Origin: Leptogorgia sarmentosa
Taxonomy: Eukaryota
DNA length: 64,000 bases
Direction of reading: 5' to 3'
NCBI GenBank assembly: GCA_964658305.1
Contig: OZ210885.1
Span: forward strand, 21,080,001 to 21,144,000
Part shown: positions 38,919 through 51,090 of the stretch, one piece after another
Position numbering within the stretch: position 1 is the first letter of the stretch
Layout: the number at the start of each line of letters is the position of its first letter
The notes under the pieces: model-generated
Told to the model about the DNA's origin: nothing
What the model saw: only the letters and a program-made list of their open reading frames with translations
Database searches by the model: none
Position numbers and translations under genes: made by a program

Positions 38919-40207
38919 CACAGGGCGAAATTGCAACATTAATACCATGATAATGATAAAATAAAGGCATGTTAATAGTCCCTTTATTGAACTTTAACTT
39001 TTCGCTGTAAAAGTTTGAAAGGTACCTTTACGCTCCCTTTAGAAAAGGAAAATACCATAATGGTACAAAAATTATACTTGTTTTGATTTACAAATCAAGT
39101 ATAAACAGTTTACGTCAACAGATTAGATTTGATTCACCAGTTTGTCCAATGTGTACCTGTCATTGGTGCATAAAATGCTTATATAACATATGATAACCAA
39201 CAATGCATATATAGTACTGGTTCATTACTAAAATATTTTTTATACTTTTAATACTTTATCAAAACAGGGAACATACAATACAATTAAAGCCAACCAACCC
39301 CCCTCGAAAACTCCATAATTAACTAGACTAAATAACTAACTAACTGTGCATAAAAACGTAAGTGTCCAAAGTTTGTCTGTTCCTGCTATCATTCTTGCAG
39401 AAGGGAACGGCGAGTTAAGGAGAGTATGGATTGCTCCCCATTCATTGATCCATTGGAACTTGACGGAGTGCTTGAGTCTAATGGTGGAGTTGAAACGATT
39501 GGTGTGGATTCTCTGCTGGTAGTTGAAGAACGTGCCCATTCGGCACAATTATCGAGCATTCCTCGAGACGACGGCTCTCCTACATTTCTTGGCAATGTCC
39601 GTTTTTTAATTAGTTCAGGCAAACTATCAAGGTGGCCTTTGTCCAACCTTTTTTTGAACCTTTTAAGTTCACTACTTTGCCATGTTAGCAGCTTTACAAT
39701 GTACCCTTTCGTCTTGTGTGGTGAGTTCCTTTCATGTTCGCTCCCTTCACTTGACATGTAATCCATCCGCAACACTTCCACCACCTTTGCCTTTTTTTCA
39801 TTTGACCACTCTTTTCTTTCCAGGCTTTTGAGGCGCTTCCCTAATTTCTGTAAATCAAAACACAAAATATTTTGTATTTTAAGGTATGAAAAGCATGAAG
39901 CATGTCGAATTGCCTAAACCATTTGCGCTGGATGGTTTAGAAAATTTGAATGGGTCTTTAAATTTTACGTAGTCATCAAAATATGTAGTTATAATAAGTG
40001 TTCTTTGTTCAGATAACTATACTTACTTCTCGCTTCCTTCCTTGTCGTCTGCATTTTGTTACATGGTCTACATGGGAGTTAGTTTCCTTTCTTTTTTCCT
40101 GCACCTTGCAAGACTTCAAATAAGTCTTGAAAGCACCTGTTACAAAAGATAGAAATAATATCTAAATTCAACAAATTGCAATTGCACACAAGCCAGTTGT
40201 TACTTAA

Positions 40208-40617
40208 TTGCCCGATGTGAGGTAATCCAGAATCCAAAATCCAACTTTTTTGGTTTTGGAATCTGGGATTCAAGGAGTGGGATCTGGAATCCAAGTAGCT
40301 CAGGAATCCGGATTTGTTAATAACAGAAGGAATCCCAAGTTCACTACAAGTCTGGTACCAGAATGGATTGCGGTCTCAAATCGTTTAAAAAGCACATTAT
40401 TATCTTTTGAAGAACAGAAAGATGACATCGAGTTTCTTTCTCACGAGTTTCTTGCTTCTTGTAATATTTTTTCAGCTATATGTATTTAATACCCGCAATG
40501 TATTCTGGTAACACGTACATGCCACCATCTTTTTTGCTATGGTCAATTCAGGGAGAAGAATCCGGAATCCAAGGTTGGGGGTCCGGAAACCAAATACCTT
40601 CCAGATTACCTTATGTC
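40208..40617. mobile_element. Degenerate MITE rich in GGAATCC motifs
   Basis: Imperfect inverted ends aggtaatccaga / ccagattacct and repeated ggaatcc. Confidence 0.45.
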
Positions 40618-41379
40618 TTAAATGAACAGGACAAGTGTCACTTAGTGAAACATGTAATAACAGGATCTAACCATATATGAAGCCCTCCATCTAAGTGTAA
40701 GTTGTCTGTAGCCATAACTCTATAATTTATGAATAGCAGATGCATACCTTTCAACTGCAACATTGTCCATGGACATTTGTCATCACCTCCATATTCCAGT
40801 TTCAGTTCAGTCACCACAGTGTGAAACACTTTGATGTTGTGTTCTGACTCTATGCTGTGAGAATAGAGCAAATAGTATTTAAATAGTATCCTATTTCACA
40901 ATACTCTCATCTGCACTCATTGTTATAAGATTGGGAACATTGATCGAGCGCTCAGGTACACGTGTAACCTGGTGTATGACCACGAATTTTCAACAAATCG
41001 GGTCGGGAGGGCGGGTTTGTCATTTCTCTTCGTTCTTGTGCGCTTTACCAATTTGAAGTGGCGAATGCAGTGAGAATCGCGTTATTTAAAGTTACCGTAC
41101 CCCTCTAGGGATTACACGCTTCATTTAAGCCTGTTCTGCATGATAATATACTTAATTTATTCTCGTGCTTTATTTTGAGTATTTTGAATAGTATCCTATT
41201 TCACAATACTCTCATCTGCACTCATTGTTATAAGATTGGGAACATTGATCGCGACGCTCAGACTTTGCTTTCCCTTATCGTCATGCAACTGTAAGAATGT
41301 GTGCAGGCTACTACAAGAACTCCAACATATATCTATACAAGAACCGCGCCCTAATCTAGCTACCCCTACAATCCAAACC

Positions 41380-42777
41380 TTATAGTTCCCAAACCTTACA
41401 ACACCAAACCTGAATAATCCCCATTTCATACGATCGGCGTTTTGTGGAAGGGGTAATCGGAAATGCTGACACAAACTGTCGCAAGTTATTGGCATCTTCC
41501 CATTGTTGTGTGGTGTCTGATAGATCTACCTGGGCTAAGCGAGAAGAGGCCCCAGCTGGGTTAAGAACTTTTGCTAATTTGAGGTAATACAAAGCTGTAT
41601 GTCGTTGATTCCAGCCCACATGATCCATGACTTCAGACAATTCAATGCCGGATAAAGCGAGAGTAATTGCGCAACCAGCGCGGAAACCGTGAAGGGTTTC
41701 ACCATCATCACTGCCCATGTCCTTAAGATACTTTTTAAGCCGCGCTTCAGCAGCAGAGGAAGTAAATGGTTCATTAACGATGGCTCCTTGGGAATTCATT
41801 GGACGAAAGAGATAACCATTTCGTAAATTGATCCGAAGTTGCTCCGCTACAGCCATGTACTGCTCAATTCCTCGGACCGGACAAACATTAGACTGGGGGT
41901 TACGTTTGATGCCAAACATATTTGAATTACCATCCCGGAGGGTCTTCCCCCAAACATGGTTGAAGAGGAACCCATCATTATTTGGAAAACGAAGGATTTC
42001 CGGCACTAGAACCTAGCCCATATCAGCTGGTCTATCCCCACTGAAGAATACTGCCTTAAAATAGGCTTGATCCCTTGCTAGTATAAAACGTTGTGTAGGG
42101 GAAATTGTTGGAAATTTCATACATTCTTTAATATGCATACTCAAGCGATCAAGCTTATCAACGAAAAAGGGGGTTGCTTGTTTTGGCTGAACTCGAGCTT
42201 GTAGCTGTTCCATGGTAACGACCCGAAGATAGTCTTTGATGGACTTGTCTGCCGCTAGGTTTCCCAAGCAAAGTCTTGGGTCCCATTCACCATCCCTTCC
42301 AAGTGCATGGAAAGTAGATCTCAGTTTTCCTATGTACGAATCGACTGTTTTGTATGAGAGCCTCAGCGGGCAACCACAGTTATGGCATCCGTTTTTTCCC
42401 AAGAAAGTACAACTAACCTTATGGACTTGTGTTTTACCATTACGATCTTTAAAAACCAAAAACCGGCAAAGATCACGGGGAGTAACATTCGCCAAACTCG
42501 GTGCTCCAGGAAGCGTACTCAAAAAAGTTTTTAATTCTCTTTGGAGAGAGTCTTTTTGCTTAGAGTAACTTGTAGCCTGTGTGTATAATGTAAGTTGACG
42601 AAGTCTTTCATCAATCTGATACAATTCACCAGCATCAAGAGGGTTGGATTAGGTGGACACAATTAGTTGTCTTTTATAACCACATTGTTGGCAGTACCGA
42701 AAATCAACATCATTTGCATGACGACATATTGGACACCTTACCGACAGGGTAAAGAGTTTGGCCACAAAGGGAAGATG
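41380..42777 (-). pseudogene. Tyrosine recombinase of element A with N-terminal Zn ribbon
   Basis: CPICRHAND.DFRYCQQC, SGDRPAD, WGKTLR, TLHGFR, HVGW..TALYY. There is a stop at 42013. Confidence 0.92.
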
Positions 42778-43001
42778 CTAAAATAGAAAGAAGCAATATG
42801 ATATTGATAGATGCAATATCAGACGAAACTACACTCATTTATGGTAAGTATTGTTTTATTCAAATATTTGCATTTAATTATCTTAATACATATATACCTG
42901 AAAATGCGCTCATATGTTTATTTAAAAATTTATCGTTTTATGTTACAGTTGTATAATTGTAACATGCGCATTCAATACATGGTACCTCGATCACGAATTA
43001 A

Positions 43002-45258
43002 TTATTTATCGAAAACGAGCGCAAATGCCTCTAAGTCTCCTGAGAGACCATGATGAGGCACCCAGCCATCACGTGAGGGAACCAACAGGGCACCAAGTGC
43101 AACTTTCTTCGCAAGACACGACGATTCCGTAGAATATCTGGTAAGTAAGGGCCACCAAAATTGTTTAGGGTAATTTATTATGGTAACCAATGTACAATTT
43201 TTTCTTTCATGTAGGAGAAACCGAAGTAGGGCGCCAACAAGAACAAGAGGTGGAAAGACATACGGGCATTTGAGAAACGACACTTGCTCACTCAGGTTTT
43301 GAGCAAAGAGGTTAACACCGGATGATGCTGGGGAGGGTTAAGGAGTAAAATGGGGTAAGGGATTGCCATTAATGTCAGTCATTGTATTTGAATCTAAGGC
43401 CATCAGGTCACATGTATGGCCGTCTGGACCAGCAAATTCCATCTGGACAGTTCTCCAAACATCAGGATGCAGTGTACCATCAAGAAGTGAGAGACGACGA
43501 GAAGGACCATCTGCAGGGTTGTCCCGCGAAGCAACAAAGGTAAGATGAAGTGAAATATTTAACTTTGCAGTAGTAAAAAACAATCTTTTCATCATTCTAT
43601 TGAGGGTCACACTCTTAGCGCCATTTGGCCATGCCGAGACCACGGCCATATTATCCACCTGAGCATCTACCCACAAATTTTTTAGTGACTCACAGAATGT
43701 AACCAGGGTCTTGTCGAGTGCTAATGCTTCTCTTGCCGCAATATCAAGGCAGTTCTCCTCCTCGGTCCAGTAGTCCGACGTGGTCACAGTCTCTGTGAGA
43801 TGCACTGACGCACCCCAGCCAGACCCTGAAGCATCAGTTGCAAGGGTAACCCTCGCGTGGCGTTCATCTCTCCATGGAATCGGATCATCCCAGTTCTCCA
43901 AAAATAGCCAGTGAGTGAGCTCATCTCGAAGATGCTGGTCTATTTTTATATGGTGATGGGTACGCAATCCTTTAGATATGGCGTGATTCATCTCTCTGGT
44001 AAAGAGCTGTGCTCCAGGAACTGCGAGAGAGAACGATATGCATTTGCCAACTAGCCTCTGGATCGTTTTAACTGAGACAGTCGACCGTCCCAAGATTTCG
44101 CGTAATAATTTAATAAACCTTTCCTTCTTGGCTGGGATCAGGTGGAATGCCTGAGTTGACGAGTTACATTGAAAGCTCAAATAAGGAACATTTTTTGTTG
44201 GAATCATGATCGACTTGGCTAAGCCAAGGAAATAACCCACACGGACCAAATGATACGCCACCAAGTAGATAGCAGACTCAGCAGCTGCCAAGTTACGCTG
44301 ATCAACTGTTGGTAAAGCAGCATACGGTTCTTTGGTTGAAATGAATCTGCAACTGGCCATTATGCCGGTCATCAATATATAAGGAACATGGAATGCCAAT
44401 TGACCTGAGATAATTGGTGACCATCAGACCAGTAGAATGATAAACAAATGGCGATAATTTCCAGCCAAAGGGGATAGTATTATATAAGAAGTACCAGCCA
44501 CCCCACTGGATTCCAAAGTATACTCGACTCGATTCATCCAATAGTAGGTGATCATAACCCGACTTATCGTCCAATACTGTTTGGTATGTATCCTTAGGAA
44601 CATGTCGTGGTATTTGAGTAACCCGGTCTGATGTAAAGGGAGTATCCTTCATCCACAAATTTAAAAATCTTGCATCGTGACACAACCGGGGTTTAGTTGG
44701 CTCAACCGTCAATGGTAAAACTACCCATGGGGATGGTACTTCCCCAACACGGCCAACAAGTGATATCGCTCCTGTCTTCATTCTGTCTATCAACGTTGTA
44801 CAAATAAATTAGGTGAAAGGTCGGCATGATGGATTATTACGAAATTTAGCCTGTGGTGGACGAGCGGAATCATACATGTGACCTTTGAACTGACCGGTAA
44901 ACGGCCGAAAATATGGTTCTACTGAGACCTTATTTCTTATCCAAGATAAGGTCTGTCGTTGTTGGGGAGTTGGTACGTCATCCGCCAATTTTTCCCACTC
45001 TTCAATTTGGTTATGCAATTCTCGTGCTCGGAAATTTTCAGGATCTCGAAATTGTAGGTCTCGAACTGTCCCAAACTTCTCACCATGGATCGTTCGATTA
45101 ATAATTTCTGCTGGCACAGCTGGCTGCCCCCCACCAGTCGATATGGGATCTCCCAAGGCATTAAGCCATTTTACAGTTCTTGATGGTAATTGTGCTGATA
45201 ACAAGACATTCTGATCAAATGAGGAGTTAAATTCCCATTCCCAGGCTAATTTAGATGC
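43002..45258 (-). pseudogene. RT-RNaseH-methyltransferase-like ORF of element A
   Basis: PRLCHDAR, DDKSGY, PFGW, YIDD, TDASGSGWG, VDN, NPADGPSR, YVFPP..WWP; frameshifted. Confidence 0.92.
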
Positions 45259-45549
45259 CTGAAATAATGTAAAGAGAGAAAATGTATACAGATATATATA
45301 TTATGTATATGTTGTATTGATAACCTACACAATCTTGGGAAACCCCATGGACCAGGAGGGGGCGACAACTGTGACCCAGCATAGCTAGGAGGGCTGATTT
45401 AGATACCCTGTTTTCACGGTTGCCACTCACCCCATAGGCCACTCATGAAGAAGATCAACAACGAAATAATGCTCATAATTCTTTATTGTTAATAGGACTT
45501 TACAGATCCATTTCCATTTTAATCATAGTGTATAATCACAAGGCACGTA

Positions 45550-46034
45550 TTACATGTTTTTATTTGGCTGAGTAGCAGATCCACTTTGGTCACGCTTCCA
45601 CTTAAAACAAAACTGTTTAGTGTGTCCAAATTTATTGCAGTAGAAGCATCTTATAGAACGATATGGTGTAGGCCGTGCTTCATGCCTACCTTGATAATTT
45701 GGCACGTTGCGCCGTTTATTTTTCTCTACCTTAGCCATTATATCTAATATTTTTTCTTGATCTTTATCTCCTAATATTGGTAGCAAGTATGCCTTAAATT
45801 GTTCATCCGTGGAATCATGAAGCCTTGCTCGGAGAGTGTCACACGCGATCTTGTAATAATTCGCCTTTTCGTGATTGTTATCATGGGCGGAGTTCTTTAT
45901 GGCTTCAATCAGCTCCATGGCCTCAAACTTGGCCGCGTAGCTAGATTGCGAATTTTCGTAAGTAGATTCTCCACAGAGGACAACGTCAATGAGTCGACTT
46001 TAGCTTGTAATTGCCGGTAGTTCAGCCTCAAAGT
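45550..46034 (-). pseudogene. Gag-like exon of element A
   Basis: CCHC knuckle CFYCNKFGHTKQFC; AG acceptor before 46034. Confidence 0.85.
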
Positions 46035-46384
46035 CTATAAATAATCAATATGATTGGTTCATCCTCACGGAATATCAACGAGAGTAATTATCATAAAGAT
46101 GATACATTATTAAGCCAGAAGCATTTGTTCTCGAACCGTAACGCATTACGCAATTGTTCAACTTCGTGCAATGAGCAAAACGTCATACTAGCGATTAATG
46201 CTCTAATAGCTTATTTAAATAAATGGATTAGTCTAGCGACAAATAATTTCAATTCAAAGCAATCTAGACTTATTCTAAAAACCCAGTCGTATTACTACAG
46301 GAGTACAAGTTCAAGTTGCATTAATAACTTTATGGATTTCATGTCAACCAAGTAGTGTCATAAAGCGTTCCGCTAAAAGTAAAA

Positions 46385-47545
46385 TATCCACTGTACAAAT
46401 TCTATTTCAAACTCAATTCAATTCATAACTTTGAACTAATTATATCAACCCATGTAGTGATGGTGAAGCCTTTCCCTGAAGACAAACATTTCACTACACA
46501 TACAAGTTTAAATTTAAGTCAGCATATAACTAGAAGCTCATCATAACTTTGTAATGATCATTAAGCGTGCCTATGACGACAACAATCACTTCACCACAAA
46601 CACAAATTCAAGTTTACTTAAGAACATAACTTGGAGCTCATCATATGAACCCTTGTAGTGCTCATTAAGCGTTCTCTGACGACAAAATAATTTCACTACA
46701 AGTACAATTCATATTCAAGTTCACTTAAGAACATAACTTCGAGCTCATCACATTAACCCTCGTAGCGATCATTTAGCGTTCTCTAACGACAAAAATCATT
46801 TCACTACAAGTACAATTCATATTCAGGTTCACTTACGAACATAATTTCGACCTCATCACATCAACCCTCGTAGCGATCATTTAGCGTTCTCTGACGACAA
46901 AAATCATTTCACTACAAGTACAAATTCATATTCAAGTTCACTTAAAAACATAATTTCGAGCTCATCACATCAACCCTCGTAGCGATCATTTAGCGTTCTC
47001 TGACGACAAAAATCATTTCACTACAAGTACAATTCATATTCAAGTTCACTGAAGAACATAATTTCGAGCTCATCACATCAACCCTCGTAGCGATCATTTA
47101 GCGTTCTCTGACGACAAAAATCATTTCACTACAAGTACAATTCATATTCAAGTTCACTGAAGAACATAGCTTCGAGCTCATCACATCAACCCTCGTAGCG
47201 ATCATTTAGCGTTCTCTGACGACAAAAATCATTTCACTAGAAGTACAAATTCATATTCAAGTTCACTTAAGAACATAATTTCGAGCTCATCATATCAACC
47301 CTCGTAGTGATCATTAAGCGTTCTCTGACGACAAAATAATTTCACGACAAGTACAATTCATATTCAAGTTCACTTAAGAACATAACTTCGAGCTCATCAT
47401 ATCAACCCTCGTAGCGATCATTAAGCGTTCTCTAACAACAAAAATCATTTCACTACAAGTACAATTCATATTCAAGTTCATTTAAAAACATAACTTCAAG
47501 CTCATCATATCAACCCTTGTGGTGACCATTGCCACTTCACTACAT
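46385..47545. repeat. 108-109 bp tandem array (~10 copies, outer ones degenerate)
   Basis: The atattcaag register recurs at 46711, 46819, 46928 and 47036. Confidence 0.95.
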
Positions 47546-47760
47546 ATACGATTCATCTAACCATTTGAGACTGAATACCAACCGTTGCAGTCTTAGACTT
47601 TAATTCGACCACAAGACATCAGTGTTTACAAGCGCAATTAAATTTACTTTGAAATATAACCAAACTCATTCTATCAACCACAATAGCGATCACAAGGTGT
47701 GTCGCCATGTGCTGCAAAAATAAGTAAACTACATGCAGTATGCAATGAAAGTACATTTAC

Positions 47761-47919
47761 CTCTAAATTTTCTTCATGATGAATCGGTACTGGTTCTGGT
47801 CCGCGAGGATCAGCCACCTCTTGTGGTGGCAGCCCTGGTACTTCTGGGGCTACAACTGCGGCTGGCTGTTCATCGACAATCACTACAGCTTGTCTTGGTA
47901 TTTGAGGTTCTTCGGCCAT
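47761..47919 (-). CDS. Leader exon of element A (53 codons, Pro/Glu-rich)
   Basis: ATG downstream of TATAAATA in repeat A1; ends TTAGAG|GTAAAT in phase 0. Confidence 0.7.
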
Positions 47920-48183
47920 GTGTTTGTTGAAAATTCGGTTGGTCTTCTTTTAGAGTTATTTCTCTTCGTTCCTGTGCGCTTGACCAATTTGAAGTGGCGA
48001 ATGCAGTGAGAATCGCGTTATTTATAGTTACCGTACCCCTCTGGGGATTACACGCTTCATTTAAGCCTGTTCTGCATGATAATATACTTAATTTATTCTC
48101 GTGCTTTATTTTGAGTATTTTGAATAGTTATTAGTATTTTTAATTTTCAATATTTATGCCCAAAAAACAATGCGGGTTAAGTC

Positions 48184-48246
48184 TTGTACTCATTAGTAGC
48201 AACCATATCTTAACGGTTAAGATATGGTTGCTACTAATGAGTACAA
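48184..48246. repeat. Perfect 31-bp-arm palindrome
   Basis: ttgtactcattagtagcaaccatatcttaac-g-gttaagatatggttgctactaatgagtacaa. Confidence 0.95.
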
Positions 48247-49786
48247 ATTAGACACAATCATTCAACAAACACTGAGTTTTAAGAAATGCAATCACAGTAC
48301 AATAGTGATAAGAAATAATACTATCTGGTGTCTCAATAAAGTATCATAAACTGGCCTGTCGAATTAAAATTTAAACAATTGTTTTTTTTGGTCTTGTGAG
48401 TAGTAACAGGCTTTCCATTTCCCAGTTGGGCCACAGACGGAATATACTATATTTAATTTAAAGCATAAATAAAATAAGATTAAATACATTATATGTAGTT
48501 TCAACTTCAAGTGACTCAAAAGAAATTCAAAAAACCAAACTTAACTTTAGTTTAAAGCTTCAAAATCCTGCTTAATATTGAATGAAAGAATAAAGTTGTT
48601 ATACCAAAATTTCATTTTGCCTTTTCTGAGTGCCATGCTATAAACCCTCTTGGAAATCCATAGCTTGTGTAGTTCTTACATTATATTGAATCAAACACTG
48701 AGACCTTTTTTTAGACATGGTACTGGTATATACAGTGATAGTCTGGTGACTTAGACAGGCAAGATTCTCAGCCCTGTTATTTTAGGAAAGTTGCATGTTA
48801 TGGTTGACAATATTATAACATTTATAATACCTTTCATTAAGGTGAACAAATTCATTTTCCCTTGACTTCTCAAGTAACTTAAGTTTCCTTCGGACATCGT
48901 TCTGTAAGAATATGTAAAGAAAAATAAATAAAGAAAAATAATGTCTTCCGTTTAATTCTGTCATAACTCATGTGATATAACTTATAACTAATATCATAAG
49001 AAGCCAAATCAGAAGCCAATATACAAAGAAAGAAACTCTAAATTGCGGTTCTCTTCCTGTTTAGTGTTTCGGACGACATTATGGACCAACGTTTCGAATA
49101 GAATTCACTTATAAATAAATTATCGATCATATACACTTGAGTAACCGCAAACAAACGATGTAAATACATACCTTGCAGAGTTTTGGAATGCGTAATGAAG
49201 GCCCTGTCTGCCGCGAACGTCTTGATGAAGTGCTTACTGACTGAAGAGAATCTATCTTCTTGTGCAAGTCGCCTAGCACAGCCTTCTCGGTGTTTGCCAT
49301 CTGCTTCATCTGCTCTCGAAGAGCCTTATTTTCTTCCACAACTCTCTCCAACAGCAACACATAATGATCAGGCATTGCCACGTTCATTGTTTGTTGAAAA
49401 AATCCACGGAATATAGTAACCTGACCAAACAGCAAAAGTGCAAAGGGCAAACTGCCTTTTGTTTGCCAAACCCATAAAGCATATAAATCAATGTGTCAGA
49501 TGTCACAGTAACGTTATCCCAGTAATCCATGTCACAATGTGTCCATGTGGTAGATGACGATTTTCTTGCTGTGGGGGAGACCCCAGGCGCAGCCATAAAA
49601 CATCTGTTTAGTTGCGCAAACCAGATACTCGATATATTCAGTCTATTGGGCCGAACTCATATCGTCTTTCATTATTAATATCTCAATCATTGTAAAATGG
49701 CCCTAAAATATGTAATAAATCATTGTAAAATGGCCCTAAAATATGTATGTTATACCCACATATGTTTGTCATTTTACAGTGTTCCC

Positions 49787-49990
49787 CATGGCAAGCCAAA
49801 CATGTCAAAAGTGTTAAATAATAGAAATTGTAAGTTGAAATACAATGTTTGGTAGTTGAGATTTAAAATTCAGTTGACGAGTTTGAAAATTAACACGTTG
49901 AGATTTATGAAGCACTGTATGAGTAATATTATTCACGCAATGCTGAAAGTGTTATGTGTGAGAAAAAGTGTGGTTGAGTTCGTACCCAGT
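49787..49990 (+). repeat. TIR of IS3EU-like family 2, HECT-side end
   Basis: Matches 6791-6822 plus 7626-7880; preceded by GTTCCC. Confidence 0.85.
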
Positions 49991-51090
49991 TCCCGCCCGC
50001 TCACGTATTCATTCCCGCCATTTTGTTTTCGTGGAATTTTTGTGGAACTTTATCGTGGATGATTATACAGGATGATCTTGTAGTTATAATTATAAATGTA
50101 AGTAAATGCTATGAAATCAGTACTTTGTATTGTTTATAGTGGTTAATTGTGTATATAAATTGCAGTAGAGTTCCCCCCTGCCCCCAGTTACATTACATGA
50201 CTGATATATTTACTGTATAAACGGGTATTGATACAGGTAGGTAATGAATGGCTATGTATTAAATTATCTTGTATTGTAGTAATGGCAAACCCACCCTACA
50301 ATATTTTGTACGAGCTCATGGGCAGAGTACAAGAACTGTCCAATGCAGTTGCTCCAAACCAAAGAAACACCAATCCTGTGAGTAACAGTATACTATTCAC
50401 GAACACTCCATTCATGCTTAGGTAGATTTAGGTATGGGTACAAATGTTGGTCAGTGCGGTCTGAGCCAGACTGGTACAGACGGGTGCTTGAGGACGATCC
50501 CACGAGTGGATGGGTTGGTACAGGGTGGGTGACTCTCAAGCACACGCTTGACCAGTGTAACTGAGCAAGAAGGGAGTGTTCTAGTTGTGCCATCGTATTT
50601 ATAGTCTTGTCCCTATGCTAATTAACATGTGGGCTGCCCATCTAACCCATTTTTTCACTTATAATACCATTATCTACTTTTGCATATCATTAAAGGTGTT
50701 GTGAATAGCTGTCTATTACATGCAACTGGCTAAAGTACTCAACCCGCAAGGCGCATCAGCGAAGCTGGCATCCCACTAGTCTCAGCAAACCCTACAATCG
50801 TGGCAAGATATTAATGAATTGAAACGGTTTATCTGCGCTTTCCTGCCCTCTAATTTGCTAAAAAGACCTTCTACAGAATGACACTGTGAGTACCTACCCC
50901 AATGGAGGTATAGGGAAGGTTTGGGATAAATTAAGAAGTGGGCAATTGGGAGGATGGAAGGGTTGATGAAAATGGCAGACAATGTGTCGGAGAGCTCAGG
51001 GAACTGAGTGGTGCAGAGGTCGCTGATCAACATTTGTACCCATGCCTAAATCTACCTAAGCATGAATGGAGTGTTCGTGAGTAGTATACT

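Larger units (their letters stand above)
40885..48128 (-). mobile_element. YR retrotransposon A (PAT-like DIRS, split direct repeats)
   Basis: A1 47958-48128, B1 41190-41261, A2 41022-41192, B2 40885-40955. AGT occurs at both ends and at the B1/A2 junction. Confidence 0.95.
39389..49390 (-). pseudogene. Uncharacterised multi-exon gene, split by YR element A in an intron
   Basis: GT-AG exons at ~49171-49390 (coiled coil), ~48830-48902, ~40748-40855, ~40028-40136 and 39389-39847 (DYMSSE..LTWQS..LD..EWA). Confidence 0.55.
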
